A DNA stretch of 64,000 nt from Octopus sinensis (lineage: Eukaryota): contig NC_043010.1 of assembly GCF_006345805.1 (NCBI RefSeq), positions 37,572,001 to 37,636,000 of the forward strand, written 5' to 3'. Under the pieces are notes generated by a model, which saw nothing but the letters and a program-made list of their open reading frames with translations, was not told the origin of the DNA and ran no database searches. Every line of letters begins with the position of its first letter. Position 1 is the first letter of the stretch. The translations under genes and the position numbers were made by a program. Shown piece by piece: positions 24,682 through 36,947 of this stretch.

Positions 24682-25669
24682 ATATCCGCCTTGCCAACGA
24701 CACACCGGTCTCACGCCATTTCCGCTCCACCGGTCACTCCTTGCAACACCTGTCTGTGTTCGGATTGTTCTTGCACAGAGACCATCCGGATTCCCGTTTG
24801 CGCCGTGAACAGAAATTAATCTTCTCTCTTCGCTCTTTCACGCCATTCGGTCTCAAATCTCCCCCTTCTCATCTAACCTCCTCCCCTATCATCTAACATC
24901 CCCCCCGACTCCTACTCTCTTCAGTCCTTCATCTTTTCACCCCTACTCTCTTTCCCTCCTCTTCTTTCCTCTTTCTTCTTCCCTCTTCCCCTTCTCTCTT
25001 TCTCTCTGGTCCCTCACTCCCCTTCTCTCCCCTCCCCTCCCTATCTCCCCTCCTTTCCCCTCCCCCTTCTCTTCTCCTCTCCTTCCTTCCCCTCTCACCC
25101 TCCCCTTCCTTCCCCTCTCACCCTCCCCTTCCCTCTCCTCTCTTTCCTTCCCCCTCTCACCCTCCCCTTCCCTCTCCTCTCCTCCCTTCTTCCCCCCTCA
25201 CCCCTCATCCCATCTCCTCTCTCCCCACCCCTCATCTCTCTTCCCTCCTTCCCTCCCCCTCATCTCTCTTCCCTCCTCCACTCCTCCCTCTCTTCTCTCC
25301 CCCTTTCACTCTCCCCACAACCCCACTCTACCCCAACCCCCAACCGAACCCACACCCCACATGGGCTTTCCCTACCTCCCACCACAATATACTACACTAC
25401 ACCATAAGACACTACACCATACGACACTACACGTCACATCATACATACATACACACGTCCAGACCTTTCATACGTACATACATACTCTCTCATATACACA
25501 CGCACCCTTATGTTGGGGCGAGGTCATTTGACCTTGTTATCTCCCCTACTATCCCTCTTGCGTCTGATCTCTGACTTCTGGCCGAAATCAGACCGCCATG
25601 TTAATTTGTTAGCTCCTGCACGCAATTTTTTTTCTCTCCTTGTTTCTCTCCGTGTTTCTTTTCTGTGTA

Positions 25670-25707
25670 TCTTTCTGTTGAAGAGCGTAGGCTCGAAACG
25701 TAAAAGA
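25670..25707 (+). ncRNA. Minimal hammerhead-like motif in the Penelope 3' repeat (A6U core)
   Basis: UCUUU-CUGUUGA-A-GAGC guag GCUC-GAAA-CG-UA-AAAGA. Confidence 0.6.
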
Positions 25708-26561
25708 CTTGTTTTATTTCTATTCCTGAGCGCCATACTAATACAATTGTTTGTTTGTACTCCACCTGCCTTCGTCTTTTGTTTATTTTCGTAAGCTTCC
25801 CGTTATGTACATGTATATATGTACACACACACACGTATATATGTACACACACGCGCACACATACACGCACTATATGTGTCTACACATACATATATGTGTG
25901 TGAGTACATACGTACATACTTACATATTACACACACACACATATGAGAATATGTATGTGTATGTATACATAGAGTCAGCGATCTGAAGGCTCAAACGAGC
26001 TCTATAAATACTCAATTCAAACAAGTAGAGTTTATATTTATGGATAAAATTTGTAAATATATTGCTACTAACCTCTAGTCTCGTGACTTTAGTTAATAAA
26101 CACAGACGTGCGCGCGTACACACACACACGTCTTTTATCGTTTTCACTTCTTTCGGTCATTGAACTGCGGCCATACTGGGGCACCGCCTTCAACAAATCA
26201 ACCACTGTACTTATATAAAAAAAAAATCAGCTACCTATTTATTGTATCGGGCTCTTCTGCTGAACAGCTAAGTTACGGGGACATCTACAAACGAACTCTA
26301 GTTGTCAAGCAGTGCGGGGAACAATCACACACACACATACCCCCCCCACCCCCCACACACAACATACAAAAAACACTAGCACACACACACACACACACGC
26401 ATACACACACACACACGCATACACACACACACACGCACACACACAAGTACAAACGCACGCGCTTGTATACACACACACATATTTTAACGAGTTGTGTCTA
26501 TTTATCAGCCGATGAGATGCATCTGCACCGTCGGATGCTCCTGAACCAGTTGTTGAGTGTC

Positions 26562-26608
26562 CCACCCATGAGGGATCGATACTAGATGTGCCGAAACAAT
26601 TGTCGTGG
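26562..26608 (+). ncRNA. Degenerate hammerhead-like motif
   Basis: CCAC-CC_AUGA-GG..AUC..GAU..CC-GAAA-CAAUUG-UC-GUGG; one core nucleotide missing. Confidence 0.4.
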
Positions 26609-26657
26609 TTAGTAATAAATTCTCATATATTCCATCTGTTTTTCATTTGCCATATAT

Positions 26658-26759
<102 letters not shown>

Positions 26760-27547
26760 TATATACAGGGAGAATTCACAAAAAACGAAAGACGAAGACA
26801 GGTGATGTAGATGACAAACAAATGTATTAGTATAACGCTCGAGAAGAGAAAAAGTCTTTAACGTTTCGTGCCTACGCTCTTCCACACACACACTCATATA
26901 TAGTTGAAATTTACAGAAAAACAAAAGACGAAGACAGGTGTGTAAACAACAAACAGGTGTATTAGTTTAGGAAGGTGATAAAGTCTTTTATGTTTCGAGC
27001 CTACGCTCTTTAACAGATGGCAACACGAGGAAATAAACAGAGAGAGAATAAAAAACTTTTGGAGCTAGCGGTTGATCATAACATATATATGTGCGTGTAT
27101 GTGTATGCGCGTGTGTGTGTGTGTGTATTTTACATTAGGGCAGAAATGCATAAATTTCATATATAGTTCATACTTTATTTGTGCTCAACATCTGTTTCAA
27201 TAAAGGACAAACAAAAATATAATTACATAATTATGATACATAGTTACCGCCTTTATCCCAATCATGACAATGATGATGATGACGATCATCATCATCGTCG
27301 TATATGTATATGTTTGTGCGTCTCTGTTTGTCACCCCACCATCGGTTGATTACCGATGTTTGCGTGTTTACATCCCCGTAACCTAGCGGTTCGGCAAAAA
27401 AATCGATAGAATAAGTACTAGGCTTACAAAAAATAAGTCCTGGAGTCGATTTGCTCGACTAAAGGCGGTGCTCCAGCATGGCCGCAGTCAAATGACTGAA
27501 ACAAATAAAAAAAAAAGGAAAAATTATATGCCCTGCGGTTCCTGTTA

Positions 27548-27586
<39 letters not shown>

Positions 27587-28399
27587 TTGTTGTTAAGCAA
27601 CAAGACGGGTATGGGTGATTAGGTGATGGTCTAGGGCTTAGGGGTGGGAGACTCCAGACCTTGGAAAAAAAACTTTGGTTGTCTTGTTGTAGTCGAGGGC
27701 TCTTCGTTGACGCCCGACACCACTGGGAGGTGGCCCCCGAAGTCGCTGGAAATGGAGATCTCCAGGTCGAAATCCTTGAACGACTGCTGCTGCTGCAATT
27801 GTTCTTGCCACAACCGTTTGTTACAGTTGCTGTTGTAATCCTTGCTGCTACTGCTTGTTGTTGTTTTGTTGTTCTCTTGCCATAGAACAGCTCTGATCAG
27901 ACGACCCCATTTTTGAGTATATTCCCCGTTCCGAGTTCAAATTTAGTCGTTCTGAGTTCAAATTCTTGCTCATTAGCGTTTGCTTAAAAGAGTAGTTCCC
28001 AACCATTTTTTTGCCCATGAACTCCTTTGATCTCCATTTTACTATACTAGACCTCCATAACTATTCTTTGTAAATATATATATAAAAAAAATCCTACTGT
28101 ATTTTTATAATTAATTATTATTTGGAATTGTATAAAAAATTAAAATATTTTTGTGTCTTGCAGAAGAATAAGCAATTTATTTATAGCAGATGAATTTTAA
28201 CAATAAAATCTTGTATGGACCCCCATTATCTTTTCACACCTCATAAATCATTCGTTAATCGTTATATGTACACCACGTTTGTGTTGTCTGTCCATGTAGT
28301 GTCCCCTCTATATTTAGGCTTCATGCCGAGAATAAAAACGAATCTTATATGGATCCTGAAAGGCCATATGGATCCCGGTTGAAAACCATAAGTTGAAAA

Positions 28400-29240
28400 C
28401 ATTAAAATACGGAATATGTGGTACTACCGACTGATTCTGTAAGCAAATATCTGATCCTTTCAAGTTTGAACCATAATCCCGACGTCTATAACACGAACCA
28501 CCATTAACATTCTGAATTTTAGTTTCTATTAAATCTTTTGCGTATCCTTTTCCACATTACCGTCGACCATGCGTAGTACATTGGGACCCTGCTACATACT
28601 TTTTATAACATTCGAAATATTCTTGGTTGCGCTTCTCTGTTCAGTAGTTCTGTAAATACAAATCTTTCATATACTTCTGGATCTAACTTATAATCCTTTC
28701 TTATTATGACTAAGAAATGACAATGCGATAAGCCACGTTTCTGAAACTTAATATTCCACATGCCCTACAACCGCTTCAAGAAAGCCTTTTACCAATATAC
28801 CGTCTAACATATTGCTAGGGTCGATGCAACCGACTTAACCACTCCACGAAATTCCCGGCCCTCTGCCAAAATTTGAAACCAATATATTGTTAAGTTTCAT
28901 AAAGAAGTTCCTATTCATTAAATCTGGATAAACATTTGAAATGTCTTTCCATTTCGAATTACACGTCAAAGTAACGAAACAAATCAAGTTTTCCTATCGT
29001 TTCTACAATAACCATGGCGCCTTGATATAAACGCCCGAGCCTCTCATAGGCCTCATATAAACGTTGGAAGTATTGCTACACGAAGTCCATGTGATCATGT
29101 ATGGTGTGATACAACACAGCTCTAAGTTGTTCATGATTAGATCTTATCATCGACTGTAATCTAGCTTTTTTCAATTTTAGAATACATATCACAATATTAT
29201 TCTTAGGTTAAACGACCTGAGCAGTGAAGATAATTGAAAA
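28400..29240 (-). pseudogene. Decayed Helitron Rep (HUH) coding fragment, interrupted by a SINE tail at ~28810-28880
   Basis: Minus-strand remnants DMYSKIEK, IRSNHEQLRAVLY, YQGAMVIV..GKLDLF/VTLTCNSKWKDI, KFQKRGLSHCHFLV (HUH motif), CYRRR; many stops and frameshifts. Confidence 0.8.
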
Positions 29241-29449
29241 CATTTTCACGTAGCTTTAAGCCTTTGTTTATAATAAGAAAATGTAATTTTAATATTTTTT
29301 TCCTGCAACATTACATGCTAAACCAACTTTTCATCTTTTTTTTTTTACCAAATAGAAATAGCAAAATAAAGTGCAGTGGGTTACAATTTGGATGAACAGA
29401 TTTGATTGTTCCAAGTGAAGGCTCCTGTACAACACCCCGTTTACATAGC

Positions 29450-29775
29450 CTAATAACTAACTGGTACTCCGTCGGTTACGACGACGAAGGTTCCAGTTGA
29501 GCCAATCAACGAAACACCCTGCTCGTGAAATTAAGGTGCAAGTGGCTGAGCACCCCACAGACACACGTACCGTTCTCAGGGAGATTCAGCGCAACACAGA
29601 ATGTGACAAGGCTGACCCTTTGAAACACAGGTACTGCTAATTTTTACCAGCTGAAATGACTGGAGAAACGGGAAATAAAGTGTCTTGCTCAAGGATACAT
29701 TGCTCCACCGAGAATCGAACTTACGACCCGACGATCGCGAACCGAATACAGTAATCACTATAACATACGTCTTCA
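29450..29775 (-). mobile_element. tRNA-derived CORE-type SINE, family C (another copy at ~8610-8870)
   Basis: Minus strand TCCTTGAGCAAGACACTTTA core and GTTCGATTC B-box. Confidence 0.65.
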
Positions 29776-30387
29776 CACATAACCAAATGAATCGTTCCTG
29801 TTGTAGGTCTTTTAAGTTAGTATTTGATAGAATTACTGCAACTTTGAAGGCAGCGACCTGGTAGAATCGTTAGCTCGCCGAGCGAAATTCTAAGCGGCAT
29901 TTCGTCTGTCTTTACGTTGTGAGTTCAAATTCCACCGAGGTCGACTTTGCCTTTCAACCTTTCGGAGTCGATAAATTAAGTACCAGTTGCGTACTGGGAT
30001 CAATCTGATCGATTGGTCCCTTCCCCCAAAAATTCTGGTCTTGTGCCTAGAGTACCAAGGATAATTACTCCTGCCGATTTTATGATTACGAACCGAACTC
30101 TTAAACGAGAAGGAGCGTGATTTAATGGTTAAAAGAGTTCGGTTCATCATCATAAAGTCGTTGGTTCAATTCTCGAACTGGGTGGTACATTGTGTCCTTG
30201 AGAGTAGACCTTCATTTCACATTACTCCAGTTTATTCAGCAGAAAACGAATATCAGCCGACACTTGGGTCGTCTCTATTGCCCCCCAGCTGTTAAAATCC
30301 GGGTGACAAGAGTGGGAAAGTCGATAGAGTGCTACATAGGCGACTACATACCTAAAACAATTAGTTAAAGCATGGTTAGATATTACG

Positions 30388-30615
30388 TATTTCTTTACTG
30401 CCCACAAGGGGCTAAACACAGAGGAGACAAACAAGGACAGACACCGTATTAAGTCGATTATATCGACCCCAGTGCGTAACTGGTACTTATTTAATCGACC
30501 CCGAAAGGATGAAAGGCAAAGTCGACCTCGGCGGAATTTGAACACAACGTAGTAGCAGACGAAATACCGCTAAGCATTTCGCCCGGTGTGCTAACGTTTC
30601 TGACAGCTCGCCACC
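30388..30615 (-). mobile_element. SINE family B
   Basis: Matches 11040-11270. Confidence 0.8.
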
Positions 30616-31212
30616 TATTAAAAAGTTTCTATCAGACTGAATTGCCGAACCGTTAAGTTACGACTGGTTTTCAAGCAGCGCAGGCACACACACAGACACA
30701 GACACAGACACTGACACATACACAGATACACACGCCCCCGCCCCACAATATGCATAAATATTTATACGATGTACTTCTATACAGTCCCCCGCCAACCAAA
30801 TTCACTCTAAAGGCGTTGATCGGCCGACCCGGAGCGAGGTGCCAGTCGATCTTATACGATTTTAAAAGAATTATGAATTTTACTTTCTAGGAAAACACAC
30901 ACTCGCATGTATACAGAATCTTAGCTGAACAAAAGTTTTTCAACATAGGTGCATGCAATGCCGTGCAAACTAATTGAAAAAAAAAACACTCAACATATAG
31001 GCATATAGAGAATGATATTAGACGAATTAGAAACCTCAATTTAATTGATTACTCATATGTCCCAGTCAACTGGGATCTGGTCACTGATTGTTATGACTAT
31101 GCTTTGCTGAAGAAGACTAATGAAGGCAAAAACATTTATTGGAATATTTACTGTTAAAATATATATATTTATATATTTATATTTTAATTATATCTTTATT
31201 TTATATTATTTT

Positions 31213-31302
31213 TTGACCTGAAGAGTGGCTGTATATTTTAAAATTGAATATTAACTTTTAATATTATCTATTTATATATAGTCATGAAACGCGCGTAGTC
31301 GA
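31213..31302 (+). ncRNA. Type I hammerhead ribozyme with a long AU-rich stem II
   Basis: UUGAC-CUGAAGA-GUGGCUGUAUA...UAUAUAGUCAU-GAAA-CGCGCG-UA-GUCGA. Confidence 0.65.
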
Positions 31303-31429
31303 TTTAATGTTTGTTTGTTTTGTGATTTTTAGATTACTAATTATAATATATTTAATTAATTTCTATGTGGGTATTATAGATGATATCGTTTCAGTATTGA
31401 TTGAATAACTAAATAGCGGTTTGTCTCTA

Positions 31430-31855
31430 TTCTTTATTTGTTTCAGTCATTTGATTTCGGCCATGCTGGAGCACTGCCTTTAGTCGAACAAATCGACAGC
31501 AGGACTTATTCTTTGTAACTTTAGTACTTATTCGATCGGTGTCTTTTGTCGAACTGCTAAGTTACGGGGACGTAAACACACTAACATCGGTTGTCAAGCG
31601 ATGGTGGAGGGACAAACACAGACGGACATACAAATACATACACACACACGCACACACACATATACACACACAGACACACACATATATATTCGTTGGGCTT
31701 CTTTCAGTTTCCGTCTACCAAATCTTTGGTCACAAGGCTTTGGTCAGCCTGAAGTAATACTAGAAGACACTTACAGAAGGTGTCACGCAGTGGGACTGAA
31801 CCCGGAACCATGTGGTTGGGAAGCAAGCTACTTACCACACAGCCATTCCTGAGCC
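31430..31855 (-). mobile_element. SINE family A
   Basis: Family similarity. Confidence 0.8.
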
Positions 31856-32041
31856 TGTATGCATGCACACACACACACACATGCATACATATATATATGT
31901 CGACTGGACCATCGGATTTCGTTATACATAGCTGGTCACAATGCTCTTCACATTGTTTTTAGCTTTCGAATGATTCCGTCCCGCTGATTAGGTGACAAAC
32001 ACACCACACACACACACACACGCACACGCACACACACACAC

Positions 32042-32078
<37 letters not shown>

Positions 32079-32399
32079 GTTATGCAATAGTATAAAATAA
32101 TCTTTTCTACTAAAGGTACATATCCTGAAGTTTTGGGGGAGGAGAGTAGTCGATTACATCGACCCCAGTGTTTCACTGGTACTTAATTCATCGACCCCAA
32201 AAGGATAATTCCGGCGGAATTTGAACTCAGAACGTAAAGACGGAAGAAATGCCGCTAAGCATTTTGTCCGGCGTGCTAATGATTTTGTCAGCTCGCCGCC
32301 TTACAATAGTATATGATAATGGTTTCTTTTATTTATATAAATAATGAACAGAAACAATAATAAAGCGCTCTTAACAATGTGGAGTAGCGTATTCCAGCA

Positions 32400-32745
32400 G
32401 GCGTAGGAGTGGCTGTGTGGTAAGTAGCTTGCTTACCAACCACATGACTCCGGGTGCAGTCCCGGAGCCTTGTGAATGGATTTGGTAGACGGAAACTGAA
32501 AGAAGCCCGTCGTATATATGTATATGTATGTGTGTGTGTATACGTTTGTGTGTCTGCGTTTGTAGCCCCAACATCGCTTGACAACCGATGTTGGTGTGTT
32601 TACATCCCCGTAACTTAGCGGTTCGGCAAAAGAGACCGATAGAATAAGTACTAGGCTTAGAAAGAAAAGTCATGGGGTTGATTTGCTCGACTAAAAGCGG
32701 TGCTCCTGCATGGCCAGTCAAATAACTGAAACAAGTAAAAGAGTA
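32400..32745 (+). mobile_element. SINE family A with an internal deletion
   Basis: Family similarity. Confidence 0.8.
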
Positions 32746-32759
32746 AAAAAAAAAAAAAG

Positions 32760-33500
32760 GGCTGCACGATCGGCATTTCAGACTAACGCAAGATGTCTGA
32801 AGAATGGCTGAAGAATGGAAAATTCAAGAAAGAAAAACGGACGGATTCATTATGGCTGCTCCGAGCCAGTCGTTACGAACGAATGTCATTAAAACAAAAA
32901 TAGACAGAACCGCTTGAGAAGTGTTAAGTGCAGAATGTCTAACGAGAAAGGTGAGCCCGTTGTACACTCACTAAATATTTGCAATCATTCGGTATAGAAA
33001 GAATATAAATGCAGACAAGATCGTGTCGCCAAAACATTACGCTGGGACATATTACGTCAAAAGAGTTTTGAAGTAAGCGGTAAATGATATCAACAACTGC
33101 TGAGTATGACGGAGAACGATCGGTTTAAGGTCTTATGGGATTTTACTGTACAGACGACCAGATATTGTCATACTGGGCTATGTGTGAAAAGAGTGCATCA
33201 TCATAGATGTGGTCGTGCCTGTTGATATGAATAAAGAACAGGAAAAAAGAAAAGAAAATACCAAGATTTAACAAGTGAAATTCGAAGATTGTTGGAAGTT
33301 CTCTGCAAAAGTAATCTCAGTAGTTATAGGCGCCCAGCAGACTTGGTAGTTTCTTTTAAAAAATCAGAGGAACTACGAAAATTACGCTAATGCACAAAAC
33401 TATTCTACTAGGAACGGCAAGGATTGTTCGAGAGGTTCTCGATATCTAAGGAAACTAGTTATGACCCGGTATCAAGGACATTGTTTCCAAATGTAACACA
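32760..33500 (+). pseudogene. Decayed R4/Dong-type LINE C-terminus (zinc knuckle + REL)
   Basis: IMAAPSQSLRTNVIK, EYKCRQDRVAKTLRW, ENDRFKVLWDFTVQT, CIIIDVVVPVD, LLGTARIVREVL. Confidence 0.75.
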
Positions 33501-33880
33501 GTACATATTTATCTAGCATAGACACAAGTCCTCGTATTACGACAAAGGGATAGTCCTTACGTGTTGTGTGTGTGTGTGTGTTTGATACCCTAACAGTAGT
33601 ATAGTGTACTAAAGACGGAATCGAGAAGACGTTTTGATTGGTTGATTCGTTGATGACTGTCTGGTGACTGTTAGGAAATTATAATTAGTTACAGGTTTAT
33701 CTCTATGGAAACTCATTCTTACAGAAAGCTCTCTCTCGGAGTTGATGCGATGTGGATGGTGATGGTGGTGTTGGTGGGTGGGCAAACAAAACGCTGACAT
33801 ATTTGATAATTTTCTATTTTTATGTGTACGAATGTGTACGAGTATGCATATATACGAGTGCGTTTTGTGTATTCTTTATG

Positions 33881-33955
<75 letters not shown>

Positions 33956-34481
33956 GTGTGTGTGTTGGCTAAATTGTACAAGAAAAATGTCTGGAATATA
34001 TCTGAAAAACAATTTCTGCGCAGTGTTGTTTGTAACGTGTTTAGGTGTAAAGGTTAGAGGGGTCATCATTGTACTAAGACAACAGCGAAAGCAATTACCA
34101 CAACAACAACAATAACAACAGCCGCAGTGCTCAGCCAACAAAGAGGAAGCCTCCACGTGGTCGTTCGACCTGTTAAAAATAGCAAACAAATCGACTTCAA
34201 ATCACACTTTACCGTTTAAACCAGGAGTTTTCAATCATTTAAGAAAAAAAAAAAATCCTTGCAATACACCGCGACGTCAAAAAACCTTTGAACTTTACGT
34301 AAAGCTGTTATTATTGTCATTACTTTATTTTTATATTTATTTTTATACTTTCTAAACTTTCCTGTCTCCTTGTTTTTTTCTGTGTCCCTTTCTGTAGAAA
34401 TGTAAAAGACTTTTTCTATTCCTGAGCGTTTGTTTTGTACACCACCTGTCTTCGTCTTTTGTTTTTTTCGCAAATTCTCCC

Positions 34482-34515
<34 letters not shown>

Positions 34516-36947
34516 GTTACTAGAGAATATGAACACACATCGTAGAAAATTGTGACCGGGATCCATTAAAAAAAATTTTTTTGTTTATCGAACCTTGATA
34601 ACTTTCACTTCTCACAAGGTCTTTTGGACCAACTGGCACAGTCTTTATTAAATTTTGCGACTTTGCGATAGATCTCAACAGTTGTACTCTTGAGATAATT
34701 TTTTGTTCCTAAGCGAAGTAGTATTCGAAAATCTTTCATTTGATGCATTGTTCTGATATGCAATAATCCGAGTATTATCTTCCAATCTTATTATTCACAC
34801 TAACGAGCGCCACGTCCTAACTTTCTGCTTTCCTTGGAAACAAAAGAACAAGATGCGATGGATCATAATCATTATTCAGTTGGTTAATTTTCTGCAAAAC
34901 CTGATAATGCTTACATAAAACAGACACAGAGTCCATTCCTTTGTTCTTCTCTTCTGAGTAGAAGCTGTTATTTTAGAAGTAGAAATACTATTTCCCCTCG
35001 AGTCTAAATCAACGCCCAAATTGAAATAATGTGTTACAGTTGCTAAATGAGATATCTTTGTATGTAAATCTTAACCGTATTTATGCAACTAACTCTACAG
35101 GAGTATCAGCGTGGGTCTATTCATTGAGATGTGGTATAATGCACATCCAATGTTCCTTTTGAACGTTTGTATCATATGTTTGATTAGATATTTGATTAGA
35201 AGCTCGTTATAATCCAGTGATAACATGTAGCACATTGAAATATTATTGTGTATGTACCATCTCTGCTTGAAGCCAGTTCCTGATCAAGGGTTTTTGTGGT
35301 TCAAACAGGGGGAAAGATCTGTGTCCACGGAGCTCACACACTCTCAGGGACAAATGAGATGGCCATGGTTGAAGTTTTACTTGAACAACGGCAAACTGAA
35401 GGCTGCAGAAAAAACAAAAACAAAAACAAAACAAGGTCGCTTTGGTGAAGATTTGAAGACATCGTTCTCGAGAGGAAGGACTGGTGGATGCAGATATGGA
35501 CGACAAGATTAGAAGACTAGAGACTAAGTTGTGTCTGAATGGAAATGCTTCGAGACCAGCCAATACAGAGGAACAAAGGCCATCGTCGCCAATACAGAGG
35601 AACAAATGCCATCGTCATAGCGGTACAAGAGGCTGAGGGAAGCGGTAAAATATTTGTGGACAAGAGTTTTCTCCCCAGTTGAGATGAAACAATACTGTGT
35701 TGTGTCTACGAACGAAATTCAGAGTTGCTTCGAACTAAATTCAAAAGTTCCAGTAATTCCAACAATTAGAGATTGCTTCAATTTTCTATTTGTTTAACAA
35801 TGTTGAAACTTCATATTTTAAACAGTTGAACCACTTTTACACGGTATTCAGAACAAACCATTTGAATACGACATAACTGATGTCTGACATCTTGCACAAA
35901 CACAACTTGAGATCGTCATCATCAAGAAAGCGTAAGGGACGAAGGCAATTTGATCTCGCTGGTACTTCAACAAACATATGTACGTATAATATCTTCTAGA
36001 CTCTACCATTGCATTTGCATTATTTTGTCTTCAACAATTCATGCAGGAGTATCTCGATCGGTTTGCACCAATTGTAACTGTCTGTTATTCTTTGTTCTTC
36101 GATCTGTGTCTGTTGTCTGTCACTGTTATCTTTTTGAGTCTTCCGCACTGGACTACTACCTCATGTACTAGTAACTATCGTACACGTTGGGCTTCTCTCA
36201 TTACCATCTCTTCATTTTTTCAATTTTTGCTTTCCGTCTCGTCTCTCCATTTTCTTTTTAACGATATCATCTTTGTCTTTCTCGTTCCTGCGATGTGTTT
36301 TTCCTTTCCAATGCTAATTTCTTATCCGTAATATATACATATAGAAAAAAAACTGTCTCGGTAGACACTACAGTGTAATACGATAACTTTGGTTAATTAT
36401 AGCAGTTAACAGTTAACTGTGTATCGTTTGCTTAAGCAAAATTGCTTACTCCGTCTGTTGTGATCAGGTTATGGCTACAGTTATTAAAACAAGTTTCCTT
36501 GATAGAGAAACAGAGAATAGAAAAAAACAGTCCTCACAAAAAATAAGAAAAGGTTGTCTTGAGAGAGAAAAACGCCACTTGCAAAAACAAACGATGATTT
36601 TTCTATAATTATACAGAACAGTTTATATGCATTTAAAATTCCCACTAGAAAAAATATTGCTTGAGGTATTAGTGGCACGGATAGTGGTGGAATGCCAGGT
36701 TAGAGATGGCGACGCCTCTAGAATAATAATAATATACAAAAGCAGGGCAGTAGTGTCAGTTTAATGGCGAATGTTAGAGGCAACCTGTTTTGCTAAATGT
36801 CATTGCAAAAACCATTCGAAACGGAAGCTACCATCGCGTAAGGGTGACTTGTGGGTCAAAGTATTATTTGAGGTTATGGTTATTAGGCACCCTACACATA
36901 TAGACAAATACGCACAAACGTCTATATATATATATATATATATATAT

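Larger units (their letters stand above)
22917..25805 (+). mobile_element. Penelope-like retroelement, 5'-truncated, endonuclease internally deleted, with a 3' repeat carrying a hammerhead motif
   Basis: RT ORF, GIY-YIG C-terminal remnant (TPVSRHFRSTGH...EQKLIFSLRSFTPFGL), pyrimidine tract, then a repeat shared with dispersed copies; starts in (TA)n. Confidence 0.85.
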
